Part shown: piece by piece, positions 8,894-18,451 of the stretch
Numbering within the stretch: position 1 is the stretch's first letter
How the letters are laid out: each line of letters opens with the position of its first letter
Source: an uncultured Flavobacteriales bacterium
GTDB lineage: Bacteria; Pseudomonadota; Alphaproteobacteria; UBA8366; JADFVY01
DNA length: 64,000 nucleotides
Direction: 5' to 3'
NCBI GenBank assembly: GCA_964347475.1
Contig: CAYFYY010000001.1
Coordinates: 6,879-70,878, forward strand
Notes under the pieces: generated by a model
Database searches by the model: none
What the model was told of the DNA's origin: nothing
Seen by the model: only the letters and a program-made list of their open reading frames with translations
Position numbers and translations under genes: made by a program

Positions 8894-9607
8894 TTAATCG
8901 AGTACCGTTTCTATTTCGAACACGCTGTCTATCACGCGGTCGGCAATCGCCAGCAGGTCCTCACGCGGGGTTGCACCGGTCAGCACGGCGACGGCAAGCC
9001 GGGCACCGCCGGCCCGAGCCATGTTCATGTCGCGATCTGTGTCACCGACCACGACGACCTCGTCCGGCGACAGGTCCGCTGCCGCGCAGAAGGCCAGAAG
9101 CATGGCCGGTGCGGGCTTGGGATCGAAACCGCTGTCGTAACCGCTGATGAAGGACAGGTATGGCGTCAGGTCAAGCGCATCGGCAGTGGCGCGGGCCACG
9201 GTCTCGCTGTCCATGGTTGCCATGCCCAGCGCCAGCCCCCGTCCCGCGAGCCGGCGGAACAGATCGGCGGTTCCGGGACCGACCGGTATCGGACGGTCGA
9301 TGACGTAGGCCTCCATTGCGCCCTGCAGTTGGCGGGAAAGTGCCGGCGGATCGGGAACATTTGCCTGCGAGGCCCACAGATCGCAGATGTCAGGGGTCGT
9401 GCCGCCGGCAAGCATGGATACAGGATCGAGCACTCCCGTCGCGGGATCGTAGCCGCCGAGACGGAGCAGGCGGTCGCCGAGCATGGGGTCGCCGGCTACG
9501 TCCGATGCCAGAACCGAGACCGCGCGGTATGCCGGGAGCCAGGTTCGAAAGAAATCGACGAGCGTGCCGTCCTTGTCGAACAGTATTCCCCTGATCGAGG
9601 TCACCAA
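8894..9607 (-). CDS. HAD-superfamily hydrolase (phosphoglycolate phosphatase-like)
   Basis: Motif I ILFDKDGTLVDF sits near the N-terminus once the ORF is trimmed. Later HAD motifs are present (ATMDS.., VVVGDTDRDM). An AGGAGG RBS precedes TTG/GTG at 9607/9604. The upstream 67 codons of the track ORF have no support. Confidence 0.7.
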   Translation of the reverse strand: MVTSIRGILFDKDGTLVDFFRTWLPAYRAVSVLASDVAGDPMLGDRLLRLGGYDPATGVLDPVSMLAGGTTPDICDLWASQANVPDPPALSRQLQGAMEAYVIDRPIPVGPGTADLFRRLAGRGLALGMATMDSETVARATADALDLTPYLSFISGYDSGFDPKPAPAMLLAFCAAADLSPDEVVVVGDTDRDMNMARAGGARLAVAVLTGATPREDLLAIADRVIDSVFEIETVLD

Positions 9608-9795
9608 GGTTTCCCTCCTGCGGCGCTCGTCGCCCTCCGGCGTCCGTCCATGTTTCCACCTCCGTCCGGTCCGACATTCAGTACTACGTCGTGCGGAAAA
9701 GAACAGATGCTCTGATGTGCCGGCGTGGGATTTCATTTCCGGCGAAGCGGCATATCTTCGTGCCAAGATAGGCCGGGATAACAAGGAGCTGATCA

Positions 9796-10668
9796 ATGAC
9801 GACAAGCTGGCGCAAGGTCGAGCGCGTGATCACGGGGCGGGAAACCAGCGACGGTGCCGGGGTCCGGCTGAAGCGCGTGATCGGGCAGCCACAACTCGAT
9901 TACCTTGATCCGTTCCTGATGCTGGATGCGTTCGGGTCCGACGAGGCAGACGACTATATCGCCGGATTTCCGCCGCATCCCCATCGCGGCATCGAGACCG
10001 TGACCTATATGCTCGCCGGACGCATGCGGCACGAGGATGACGCGGGAAACGCCGGTGTCCTGGGTCCCGGTGGCGTGCAGTGGATGACCGCCGGCCGCGG
10101 CATTATCCACTCGGAAATGCCTGAGCAGGAAGAAGGCGAAATGCGGGGCTTCCAGCTCTGGGTGAACCTCCCGGCGCGGGACAAGATGTGCCCACCGCGT
10201 TATCAGAATATCGACCCGGAAGAGATTCCCGAGGTGACCCGCGAAGGTGGCACGGTCATCAGGATCATCGCCGGGACGGTCGACGGTGTCGAAGGCCCGG
10301 TCCGCGGCATCGCCGCGGCGCCGCTCTACATAGATGTGACATTGCCGGCCGGCGCCGTCAGCGATCATGCGCTAGCCCCGGACCATAACGCCTTCTGTTA
10401 CGTGTTCGGTGGCGCCGCGGCGATCGGCGCGAGCGAGACGGCAGAGGGCAAGCTGATACGCGACGGCGAGCTTGCCGTGCTGGGCCGCGGCAATGCCGTG
10501 CGCATCCGCGCGGGCGAGCATGGCGCCCGCCTGATCCTCGTAGCGGGTCAGCCGCTGGGCGAGCCCGTGGTGAGGTATGGCCCGTTTGCGATGAACACCA
10601 GGGACGAGATCGTGCAGGCCATCCAGGATTTCCAGAACGGAACCTTCAGTACCCCGGCGAAGCCGTGA
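9796..10668 (+). CDS. Pirin-family protein
   Basis: Cupin metal motif GFPPHPHRGIETVTYML, then GGVQWMTAGRGIIHSE. AAGGAG RBS upstream. Confidence 0.85.
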   Translation: MTTSWRKVERVITGRETSDGAGVRLKRVIGQPQLDYLDPFLMLDAFGSDEADDYIAGFPPHPHRGIETVTYMLAGRMRHEDDAGNAGVLGPGGVQWMTAGRGIIHSEMPEQEEGEMRGFQLWVNLPARDKMCPPRYQNIDPEEIPEVTREGGTVIRIIAGTVDGVEGPVRGIAAAPLYIDVTLPAGAVSDHALAPDHNAFCYVFGGAAAIGASETAEGKLIRDGELAVLGRGNAVRIRAGEHGARLILVAGQPLGEPVVRYGPFAMNTRDEIVQAIQDFQNGTFSTPAKP

Positions 10669-10742
10669 CCTTCGTGCCTTTCCCGTGTCCTTGAGCGAGC
10701 GCAGGAATTGCTCTACACCGGACTGCGAACCGAGGGGACGAC

Positions 10743-13226
10743 ATGACCGACCACAAACCGCTGCCGGCCGATGAGCTGTTCATGGCGTGCGACCCGTCAC
10801 GCCTGGGATTCAAGACAACGTCCGAGTTGGACCCGTTGGAGGAGCTGATCGGGCAGGACCGGGCGGTGGAGGCGGTGGCGTTCGGGATCGGCATTCGCCG
10901 CGACGGCTTCAACCTGTTCGCCGCGGGCCCGGCGGGTACCGGCAAGCACACGCTCATCGGCGAATTCCTGCAGCGCGAGGCGCGCGCCGGGCCAATCCCC
11001 GACGATTGGTGTTACGTCTATAATTTCGAGGATCCGCGGCGGCCGCAGGCGTTGCAGCTGCCGGCGGGTCGGGCCCATCCCCTCGCCCGCGATATGGAGC
11101 GTCTCACCCAGGACCTGCGGGCCGCACTTCAGGCCACATTCGAAAGCGAAGACTACCGCAATCGCCGCGAAGCGCTGGCGCAGGAATTCAAGAACCGGCA
11201 GGAACATGCGTTCGAAGATATCCAGAAGCGCGCGAAGGAGCACAGCATTGCGCTCGTGCGCACGCCTCTCGGACTCGCGCTGGCACCGCTGCGCGAGGGC
11301 CAGGTGCTCAGCCCGGAAGAGTTCGAGGCCTTGCCAGAGGCAGAGCGGGAGCAGACGAAGTCGGACCTCAAGCAGCTCGAGGAACGGCTCCAGGCGACGC
11401 TGCGGCAGGCGCCACGCTGGGAGCGCGAGCACCGCGACCGCGTGCGCGAGATAAACCGCGAGGTCAGCCGTCTCGCAGTGGACCATTTGATCGATGAGAT
11501 CCGCAAGAAGCACGAAGATCTGCCGGACGTCATAGCGTGGCTGCAGGCGGTCGAGGAAGACGTGGTGGACAAGGCGGAAACGCTGCTCGCGGGGTCTCAG
11601 CAGGCGACCGGCGAGGCGGGCCAGCAGCCGCAGCCCGCACATGCGCCGACGCAGGACGGGGCGATGCGCCATTACACGGTCAACGTCCTGGTGGGCCGAG
11701 ATGCCGATGGCGGCGCCCCCGTCGTGTATGAGGATCATCCGACCTACGGCAATCTTTTGGGCCGCATCGAGCACCGTTCGGAATTTGGCACGCTCGTCAC
11801 CGACTTCACGCTGATCAAGGCCGGCGCCCTCCACCGGGCCAATGGCGGTTTTCTTGTCGTGGATGCCTACAAGCTACTGACCCAGCCGTACAGCTGGGAC
11901 GGACTGAAACGGGTCCTGCGAGCGGGCGAGATCAGCATCGAACCGCTTGGACAGACACTCAGCCTGGTCGATACGGTATCGCTCGATCCGCAACCGATTC
12001 CGCTCGACATCAAGATCGTCCTCGTCGGTGAGCGCATGCTCTATTACCTGCTCTGCGCCTACGACCCCGATTTCAACGAGCTGTTCAAGGTCCAGGCGGA
12101 CTTCGAGGAGGAGATGCCGCGCAACGAGGCCAGTGTCGACCTCTACGCCCGGCTGATCGGCACCATCGTCGGCAATGAGGGGATGCGTCCGTTCGAGGCG
12201 GGCGCCGTCGCCCGCGTGATCGAGCGCGCGGCCCGACTGGCCGGAGACCGAGGGAAACTGACCACCCATATGCGGAGCATCGCCGACCTGCTGCACGAAG
12301 CGGACTACTGGGCCGAGACGGCCGGCCACGAAACCGTCACCGCTGCGGACGTGACGCGAGCCATCGACGCCCATATTCGGCGCTCGGACCGGCTGCGCGA
12401 AAAGATCCAGGAAGCGATCGCCGAGGGCATCGTCCTGATCGACAGCGCCGGGGCCAAGCCGGGCCAGTTGAACGGACTTTCGGTGATGCAGCTGGGCGGA
12501 TTTTCGTTCGGCCGGCCGAGCCGGATCACCGCCCGGGTCAGCATGGGTCGCGGCCGGGTCATCGACATCGAGCGCGAGGTCAAGCTCGGCGGCCCGCTGC
12601 ATTCGAAGGGCGTGCTGATCCTCTCGGGCTTCCTTGCCGACCGCTTCGGGCGCGAACGTCCCCTGGCCCTGGCGGCCAGCCTGGTCTTCGAACAGTCCTA
12701 TGGTGGGGTCGACGGCGACAGCGCCTCGTCGACCGAACTCTATGCGCTGATGTCCGCCCTGTCGGGCGTGCCGGTCAAGCAGGGCTTCGCCGTCACCGGC
12801 TCGGTCAACCAGCGCGGCGAAGTGCAGGCGATCGGCGGCGCCAACGAGAAGATCGAAGGGTTCTTCGATGTCTGCAAGGCGCGCGGGTTGACCGGCGACC
12901 AGGGCGTCCTCATCCCGGCGTCGAATGTCCGACACCTGATGCTACGCGATGACGTGGTCGAGGCCTGCCGCAAGGGCGAATTCGCGATCTACAGCGTCGA
13001 AACAATCGATCAGGGGCTGGAAATCCTGACCGGGGTGCCGGCCGGCGAGCCAGGCAGCGAGGGCATCTATCCGGAGGGTACGATCAACCGTCTCGTCGCC
13101 GACCGTCTGGAAGGCTTCGCCGAGAAAGCGCGCAAGGCCGGGATCGACAGGGATGGCGGCGACAACAAGGGCAACAGCAACAAGGACGGCGACGCGACGT
13201 CCCAGGTCACGCCAGGATCCGGCTGA
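10743..13226 (+). CDS. Lon-like ATP-dependent protease (AAA+ N-terminal part, S16 Lon C-terminal domain; COG1067/LonB-like type)
   Basis: Walker A AAGPAGTGKHTL. C-terminal proteolytic domain GGVDGDSASSTELYALMSALSGVPVKQGFAVTGSVNQRGEVQAIGGANEKIEGFF, with a Ser-Lys dyad context. Confidence 0.8.
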   Translation: MTDHKPLPADELFMACDPSRLGFKTTSELDPLEELIGQDRAVEAVAFGIGIRRDGFNLFAAGPAGTGKHTLIGEFLQREARAGPIPDDWCYVYNFEDPRRPQALQLPAGRAHPLARDMERLTQDLRAALQATFESEDYRNRREALAQEFKNRQEHAFEDIQKRAKEHSIALVRTPLGLALAPLREGQVLSPEEFEALPEAEREQTKSDLKQLEERLQATLRQAPRWEREHRDRVREINREVSRLAVDHLIDEIRKKHEDLPDVIAWLQAVEEDVVDKAETLLAGSQQATGEAGQQPQPAHAPTQDGAMRHYTVNVLVGRDADGGAPVVYEDHPTYGNLLGRIEHRSEFGTLVTDFTLIKAGALHRANGGFLVVDAYKLLTQPYSWDGLKRVLRAGEISIEPLGQTLSLVDTVSLDPQPIPLDIKIVLVGERMLYYLLCAYDPDFNELFKVQADFEEEMPRNEASVDLYARLIGTIVGNEGMRPFEAGAVARVIERAARLAGDRGKLTTHMRSIADLLHEADYWAETAGHETVTAADVTRAIDAHIRRSDRLREKIQEAIAEGIVLIDSAGAKPGQLNGLSVMQLGGFSFGRPSRITARVSMGRGRVIDIEREVKLGGPLHSKGVLILSGFLADRFGRERPLALAASLVFEQSYGGVDGDSASSTELYALMSALSGVPVKQGFAVTGSVNQRGEVQAIGGANEKIEGFFDVCKARGLTGDQGVLIPASNVRHLMLRDDVVEACRKGEFAIYSVETIDQGLEILTGVPAGEPGSEGIYPEGTINRLVADRLEGFAEKARKAGIDRDGGDNKGNSNKDGDATSQVTPGSG

Positions 13227-13800
13227 TCCGGCGACGAAGTTCCGCCACCAGCTCCGCTTCGAACCACGGATTGCGCCGCAGCCAGGCCGTGTTGCGCCAG
13301 CTGGGATGGGGCAGCGGCAGAAAGTCCGGCAGGTAATCGCGCCATGCCGCCACGGTGTCGGTCAGGTTGCCGCGCCGGTGGCGACCGAGATAGTGCGCCT
13401 GGGCGTACTGGCCCACCAGCAGGATGAGTGCAACGTCCGGCATGTGCGCGGTCAGACGGCGATGCCACAGCGGTGCGCATTCGCTGCGCGGCGGCAGGTC
13501 GCCGCCACGCTGGTAGCGTCCGGGATAGCAGAAGCCGATCGGCAGGATCGCGACGCGAGACGCGTCGTAGAATGTCGCACGGTCCATCGCGAGCCAGTCG
13601 CGCAGCCGCTCGCCGGACGCATCGTTCCACGGGATGCCGGTCTCATGCACCCGGGTCCCCGGCGCCTGTCCCACGATCAGCAGTCGCGCGGTCGGCGAGG
13701 CCCGGAAGACCGGCCGCGGGCCGAGCGGCAGGTGCTCGATACAATGGGTGCAGGCCCGGGCGGCCGCGATGGCCTGGTCGAGCGTCTCGCGGCCGCTCAC
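13207..13800 (-). CDS. Uracil-DNA glycosylase superfamily protein
   Basis: Motifs LLIVGQAPG and LPLPHPSWRN. The GTG start at 13800 overlaps the cobB stop (GTGA). The track ORF start at 13833 is the alternative. Confidence 0.75.
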   Translation of the reverse strand: MSGRETLDQAIAAARACTHCIEHLPLGPRPVFRASPTARLLIVGQAPGTRVHETGIPWNDASGERLRDWLAMDRATFYDASRVAILPIGFCYPGRYQRGGDLPPRSECAPLWHRRLTAHMPDVALILLVGQYAQAHYLGRHRRGNLTDTVAAWRDYLPDFLPLPHPSWRNTAWLRRNPWFEAELVAELRRRISRILA

Positions 13801-14516
13801 CCGGCCGCGCCCCGGCCCAGCCTGCCGAACCACTCGGGCACGACCGTGCCGGCCGGGCCGTAAACCGCCTCCTCGAACAGCGTCGCGCCTTCCGACGGCT
13901 CCAGGTTCAACTCAACCGTTCGCGCGCCCGCCATGCGGGCCGACTGCACGAATCCGGCCGCCGGATACACATTGCCCGATGTGCCGATCGAAACGAACAG
14001 ATCGCAGGACTCGAGCGCCGCATAAATACGGTCCATCTCGATGGGCATTTCGCCGAACCAGACCACATGCGGGCGCATCGTCCCCAACTCGGCGCAGGCA
14101 AGACAGGGCGTGTCGAGGCACAGGTCCTCGCGGCACGACACGACGTCGCCGCAGCGATCGCAGCGCGCCTTGAGCATCTCGCCGTGCATGTGGATCAGAT
14201 TGCGGCTGCCGGCCCGCTCGTGGAGGTTGTCGATGTTCTGGGTCACCAGCAGAAACTCGCCGGGCCATACCGCCTCGAATTCCGCCAGCGCCAGGTGCGC
14301 CGGGTTTGGCGCGATGTTGTTGCCCAGCAGGTTGCGCCGGCGCGTGTTGTAGAACTCCTGGACGCGCGCCGGATCGCGCCGGAAGGCCTCCGGCGTCGCG
14401 ACGTCCTCGATCCTCACCGTGGCCCAGATGCCGTCGGCGTCGCGGAAGGTGTGCAGGCCGGACTCGCGGGAAATTCCAGCGCCGGTCAGCACGACGATTG
14501 AGCGGGGTTCAGCCAT
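13797..14516 (-). CDS. cobB: NAD-dependent protein deacylase (Sir2/CobB family)
   Basis: VVLTGAGISRESGLHTFRD, QNIDNLHERAG, Zn-ribbon CDRCG...CLAC, and FVSIGTSGNVYPAAGF. The track ORF (to 14900) was trimmed to the ATG at 14516. The upstream part is antisense to the phosphatase gene. Confidence 0.85.
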   Translation of the reverse strand: MAEPRSIVVLTGAGISRESGLHTFRDADGIWATVRIEDVATPEAFRRDPARVQEFYNTRRRNLLGNNIAPNPAHLALAEFEAVWPGEFLLVTQNIDNLHERAGSRNLIHMHGEMLKARCDRCGDVVSCREDLCLDTPCLACAELGTMRPHVVWFGEMPIEMDRIYAALESCDLFVSIGTSGNVYPAAGFVQSARMAGARTVELNLEPSEGATLFEEAVYGPAGTVVPEWFGRLGRGAAG

Positions 14517-14565
14517 GTCGCCGGGCATGCTAAACCAAACGCCCGAAACCGCAAACGGGAAGCGT

Positions 14566-15039
14566 ATGGTCCGTATCCTGTTCGTCTGTACCGGCAATAT
14601 CTGCCGTTCACCGACTGCCGAGGGCGTGTTCCGCCACCTCATCACGGCGGCCGGCCACGATGGCGTCATCGAGGCGGACTCCGTGGGCCTTGGCGGCTGG
14701 CACGTCGGCGACCCGCCGGATCCGCGGGCGGTCGAGGCGGCAGCCCGGCGCGGCATCGACCTGTCCGGGCTCCGGGCGCGGCAGCTGGCGCTGCCCGACT
14801 TCGATGCCTTCGACCTGCTGCTGGCGATGGATCGCGGCCACTTTCGCGAGATGGCCGGCCGGGCGCCGCGCGAGCACGCGGCCAAGGTGCGGATGTTCAT
14901 GGAAGCCGCGCGCGGCGACGGCGCACCTTCCGTGCCGGACCCCTATTACGGCGCCCGCGCCGGCTTCGAGGAGGTGCTCGACTTGATCGAAGAGGGGGCG
15001 CGCGCTTGGCTGCGGGAGCTGGAGGCCAACTGGTTGTGA
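14566..15039 (+). CDS. Low-molecular-weight protein-tyrosine phosphatase
   Basis: The P-loop LFVCTGNICRSP (CX5R) lies immediately after MVRI, and DPYY lies near the C-terminus. Confidence 0.85.
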   Translation: MVRILFVCTGNICRSPTAEGVFRHLITAAGHDGVIEADSVGLGGWHVGDPPDPRAVEAAARRGIDLSGLRARQLALPDFDAFDLLLAMDRGHFREMAGRAPREHAAKVRMFMEAARGDGAPSVPDPYYGARAGFEEVLDLIEEGARAWLRELEANWL

Positions 15040-15890
15040 CGCCCGCGGTACGCCGGGCCGTCGCCGCGGCCGCCGGTGCCGAGGTCAGCCGCGTCAGGCC
15101 GATGTCGGGCGGCTGCATCGGCGAGGTCTGGCAGGTGACGCTGGCGGACCGGCGGCAGCTGGTCGCCAAGACCGCCGGCACGGACGGAAACCTCGACATC
15201 GAGGGCTACATGCTCGACTACCTCGCACGTACGGAGACCGTACCCGTGCCGGACGTTCTCCACGCCGCGTCGGATCTCCTGCTCATGTCCTGGGTCGAAA
15301 CCGCCGGGCCGCTCGGCCCGGGCGCTGAGGAACACGCGGCGGACCTGCTGGCCGCGCTGCACGCCGTCACGGCCGATGCATACGGACACGAGCGGGATAC
15401 GCTGATCGGCCCGCTGCCGCAGCTGAACCCCTGGACCGATTCGTGGCTGGCGTTCTTCCGCGATCGGCGCCTGCTCCAAATCGGGCGCGACGCCATGGAC
15501 GCCGGCCGGCTGCGGCGTGAAACGTATGGCCGCCTGGAGGCGTTCTGTGCCGCCAGACTCGACACGTACATCGAGGAGCCGGCGCAGCCGGCGCTGATCC
15601 ACGGCGACATGTGGGGCGGCAACGTGCTGTGCAGCAACGACCGGATCGCCGCCTTCATCGACCCGGCGATCTATCACGCCGACCCCGAGATCGAGCTCGC
15701 CTTCTCGACCCTGTTCGGCACGTACGGCGACCGGTTCTTCCGCCGGTACAACGAGCGCCGCCCGATCCGCCCCGGCTTTTTCGAGGCCCGCCGCGACATC
15801 TACAACCTGTACCCGCTACTGGTCCACACGCGGCTGTTCGGCGGCCACTACGGATCGCAGGTTGACGCTATCCTGAGGCGGTATGGCTAA
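15036..15890 (+). CDS. Fructosamine/ketosamine kinase family protein
   Basis: LIHGDMWGGNVL and DPAIYHADPEIELA. The GTG start overlaps the upstream stop (GTGA). Confidence 0.8.
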   Translation: MTPAVRRAVAAAAGAEVSRVRPMSGGCIGEVWQVTLADRRQLVAKTAGTDGNLDIEGYMLDYLARTETVPVPDVLHAASDLLLMSWVETAGPLGPGAEEHAADLLAALHAVTADAYGHERDTLIGPLPQLNPWTDSWLAFFRDRRLLQIGRDAMDAGRLRRETYGRLEAFCAARLDTYIEEPAQPALIHGDMWGGNVLCSNDRIAAFIDPAIYHADPEIELAFSTLFGTYGDRFFRRYNERRPIRPGFFEARRDIYNLYPLLVHTRLFGGHYGSQVDAILRRYG

Positions 15891-16432
15891 GGCGCACTAC
15901 CCAACGGATAGCTCGCCTCCTCGATGTAGACGGCGCCCTCGGACTTCAGGAAGCTGGCGAACAGCACGAACCGGTCGGCGGGAAACGGGGCCGAGCGGAA
16001 GGCCCCGTGCGTGGCGGCCCATTCCTCGACGCGGGCGTTGCGCACGTCCCGGAGGCGCGCGATGGTCACGTGCGGCGAGAACTTGCGGGTCTCGGCCGCG
16101 AGCCCGGCCCGCACCAGCGCGGATTCGATCTTCGCCTGCAGATGCGCCAGCGGCTTCGAGGGGACAACGCCAACCCACAGCGCGTGGGGACGTTTGCCGC
16201 GGCCGAAATTGCCGATGCCGTCGAGCTGCAGTGTGAACGCGGGGGCGCTGACCTCTGCCAGCGCAGAATCGATATCATTGGCGACATCGTTCGGCACCTC
16301 GCCGATGAAACGCAGCGTCAGGTGGATGTTCTCCGGCTTGACCCAGCGTGCGCCCCGCAGACCGGATTGCAGCAGCGCCAACTGCGTCCTGACCGGATCC
16401 GGCAACGGAATGGCGACGAAGAGGCGGATCAT
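15887..16432 (-). CDS. thpR: RNA 2',3'-cyclic phosphodiesterase (2H phosphoesterase, ThpR/LigT)
   Basis: Two HxTx motifs (HLTLRFIG and HVTIARL). Starts MIRLFVAIPLP after trimming. Confidence 0.8.
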   Translation of the reverse strand: MIRLFVAIPLPDPVRTQLALLQSGLRGARWVKPENIHLTLRFIGEVPNDVANDIDSALAEVSAPAFTLQLDGIGNFGRGKRPHALWVGVVPSKPLAHLQAKIESALVRAGLAAETRKFSPHVTIARLRDVRNARVEEWAATHGAFRSAPFPADRFVLFASFLKSEGAVYIEEASYPLGSAP

Positions 16433-16568
16433 GACCCGGAGCGCCTGACGCTGTTTCGATACCAAGGACTGGCTGTCACCCGCCGATTCGGCCAGTGAGC
16501 GAAATCGGTGCCCGCCGCGGTCGGGACGGCTGCAGCTCCCGATCGGCGCCACGTTAATGGAAACGGCA

Positions 16569-17696
16569 CTAGAGGAACAGTGTCAGCACGCCGGTATACC
16601 CGTACAGGCGATTGTGGTTGATCTCTCCGTTCGCAAACAGGCCGGCGATCGGGAATTCGCCCAACTCGTCGGCGACCATCGCCATCTCCCGGCTGCCCGG
16701 CCCGAACTGGTTCGGACCCCGGGCAACGCAGGTGTAATACAGCGCGCCGCGGATGCCGTTCGCGGTCCGCTGCCGCAGGCGCCTGAGCATGCGGTGCAGG
16801 TCGTCGGCGGCGGTCTTCTCGTCACGGCGGCAGAACAAGACCTTGTCCCCGACCGACACGACATCGCCGATCGCCAGCAATCCGTTCTCGCGGTCGATCC
16901 CCATCAGGTTCCGCACGAGGTAGTCGCCGGTATCGGATCCGGCGACCGGCAGCGCTGCGAAGAACTGCCCCCCGGCGCGACGCGGATCACGCGGCAGGGC
17001 GTTGCCGACATCATCCTCGAAGATGTCCAGCGCCGGTTGATCGTCCAGTTCGATCAGAACATTGCCGTCGGCGCGGGTCACGGTATGGGTCGGCCCGATG
17101 GGCGAGCATCCCTGGGTCAGGCCAACCGCAACGGGCAGCACGTACGGCGACAGCAACACCCCCGACAGGCCACCGGAAATGCGACCGTCGGCGAGCTGGA
17201 CAGCGCCCTCCTTGACCGAGGTCAGGCCGCCGACGAGATAGGCATTGGTGGACACGGCGAAATCCCTTACCAGCCCCTGGACCCGCGGGTTCCTGGGGTC
17301 GGCATGAACCACGGCCAGAGGCGGATCATTGGCGGCCAGCCATTCCGCCTGCGATTCCGCGATGCCGCGCACGTCCGCCTTGAGGCCGCCGAATACACGA
17401 AACCCGTCGCCGTCGATCGGCAACACGAGGACAGAGACAGCGGGCTCCTCGAAATACTCGGCGCGGAAGCCGCACACGCCCATGCCGGCGGCACCGATCC
17501 AGTGCGCCACGCCGGTGCTTTGTCGCAGCACGACCTCGATTTCGGGCAGCGCGTCGGCGAAAGCCTCGGTCACGAAGACGAGGCCCAGCCGGTGCTCACG
17601 GCCAATTTCGCCAAGGCGGGCGAGAACCTTGCCGACAGCGTCCTGCCATCGCACCGCGCTGGCCGCAGCCGCCCTGAAGTCGCCCGCGTCGGTCAC
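16569..17696 (-). CDS. FIST-domain signal-transduction protein (FIST_N + FIST_C)
   Basis: LGLVFVTEAF..HWIGAAGMGVCG in the N-terminal half. YYTCVARGPNQFG..E...LGEFPIAGLFANGEI at the C-terminus. The GTG start overlaps the tesA stop (GTGA). Confidence 0.65.
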   Translation of the reverse strand: MTDAGDFRAAAASAVRWQDAVGKVLARLGEIGREHRLGLVFVTEAFADALPEIEVVLRQSTGVAHWIGAAGMGVCGFRAEYFEEPAVSVLVLPIDGDGFRVFGGLKADVRGIAESQAEWLAANDPPLAVVHADPRNPRVQGLVRDFAVSTNAYLVGGLTSVKEGAVQLADGRISGGLSGVLLSPYVLPVAVGLTQGCSPIGPTHTVTRADGNVLIELDDQPALDIFEDDVGNALPRDPRRAGGQFFAALPVAGSDTGDYLVRNLMGIDRENGLLAIGDVVSVGDKVLFCRRDEKTAADDLHRMLRRLRQRTANGIRGALYYTCVARGPNQFGPGSREMAMVADELGEFPIAGLFANGEINHNRLYGYTGVLTLFL

Positions 17697-18385
17697 CGTT
17701 CGGCCTCCTTCAGCGCCGCGCTCACCACCGGCAGGATGTTGTCGACGATTACGGCAATGCCAGCTGCCGTGGGATGGATACCGTCGTCCTGGTTGAGCGT
17801 CGGGTTTGCCGCCACGCCGTCAAGGAAGAATGGGTAATAGGCCGTCCCGTGTTTTTCCGCGAGATCCGCGAAGAGAGCCGCAAAGGCATCACCATATCGA
17901 GAGCCCAGATTCGGCGGTGCCCGCATCCCGGCAAGCAGGACGTGCGCGCCGGCGGCCCGGATCCGCGTGATGATCTCGTCGAGATTGCGCCGCGTCGCCG
18001 CGGGTTCCAGACCCCTGAGACCGTCGTTCCCACCGAGCGCGACGATCACCAGGTCGGGCCGTTCCGCAAGCAGCCAGTCCAACCGTGCAAGCCCGCCCGC
18101 CGTGGTGTCGCCGGACACGCCGCCGTTGACGACCCGCACGGCGATGCCGGTGCGCGCCAGCGCCGCTTCGAGCTGCGCCGGGAAGCTTTCCTCGAGGGCC
18201 AGACCGTATCCGGCCGTCAGACTGTCGCCCAGCGCGAGGATGACCGGCTGGTCCTTGACGACCGACATTGCAGGCCGCCCGGCGACCCCGAGCATTGCGA
18301 TCAGAAGCATCGGGAGCCATGGCCGATTGAATATCCCGCCGGCAGCGCGATATATCGTTGAGACGTGGCGCGGTTTCGGTTTCAT
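17693..18385 (-). CDS. tesA: SGNH/GDSL arylesterase-thioesterase (TesA-like)
   Basis: ILALGDSLTAGYG, GGNDGLRG and DGIHP blocks. Divergent from a YbbA/YbbP-type ABC pair, which is the classical arrangement. Confidence 0.8.
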   Translation of the reverse strand: MKPKPRHVSTIYRAAGGIFNRPWLPMLLIAMLGVAGRPAMSVVKDQPVILALGDSLTAGYGLALEESFPAQLEAALARTGIAVRVVNGGVSGDTTAGGLARLDWLLAERPDLVIVALGGNDGLRGLEPAATRRNLDEIITRIRAAGAHVLLAGMRAPPNLGSRYGDAFAALFADLAEKHGTAYYPFFLDGVAANPTLNQDDGIHPTAAGIAVIVDNILPVVSAALKEAER

Positions 18386-18451
18386 TGACGATCCTGCGGC
18401 GTACAGATCTGCAACGAATGCATAACGGACGACTCCCTAATCTAAACCCAA

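Noticed and set aside
13797-14900. Long N-terminal extensions of track ORFs (for example cobB to 14900, BI-1 from 22080, the HD protein to 61948, Sel1 from 53986, and the SDR to 22759)
   Set aside because: The extensions overlap neighbouring genes on the other strand and add sequence before the first family motif. Internal starts with RBSs give normal-length proteins.
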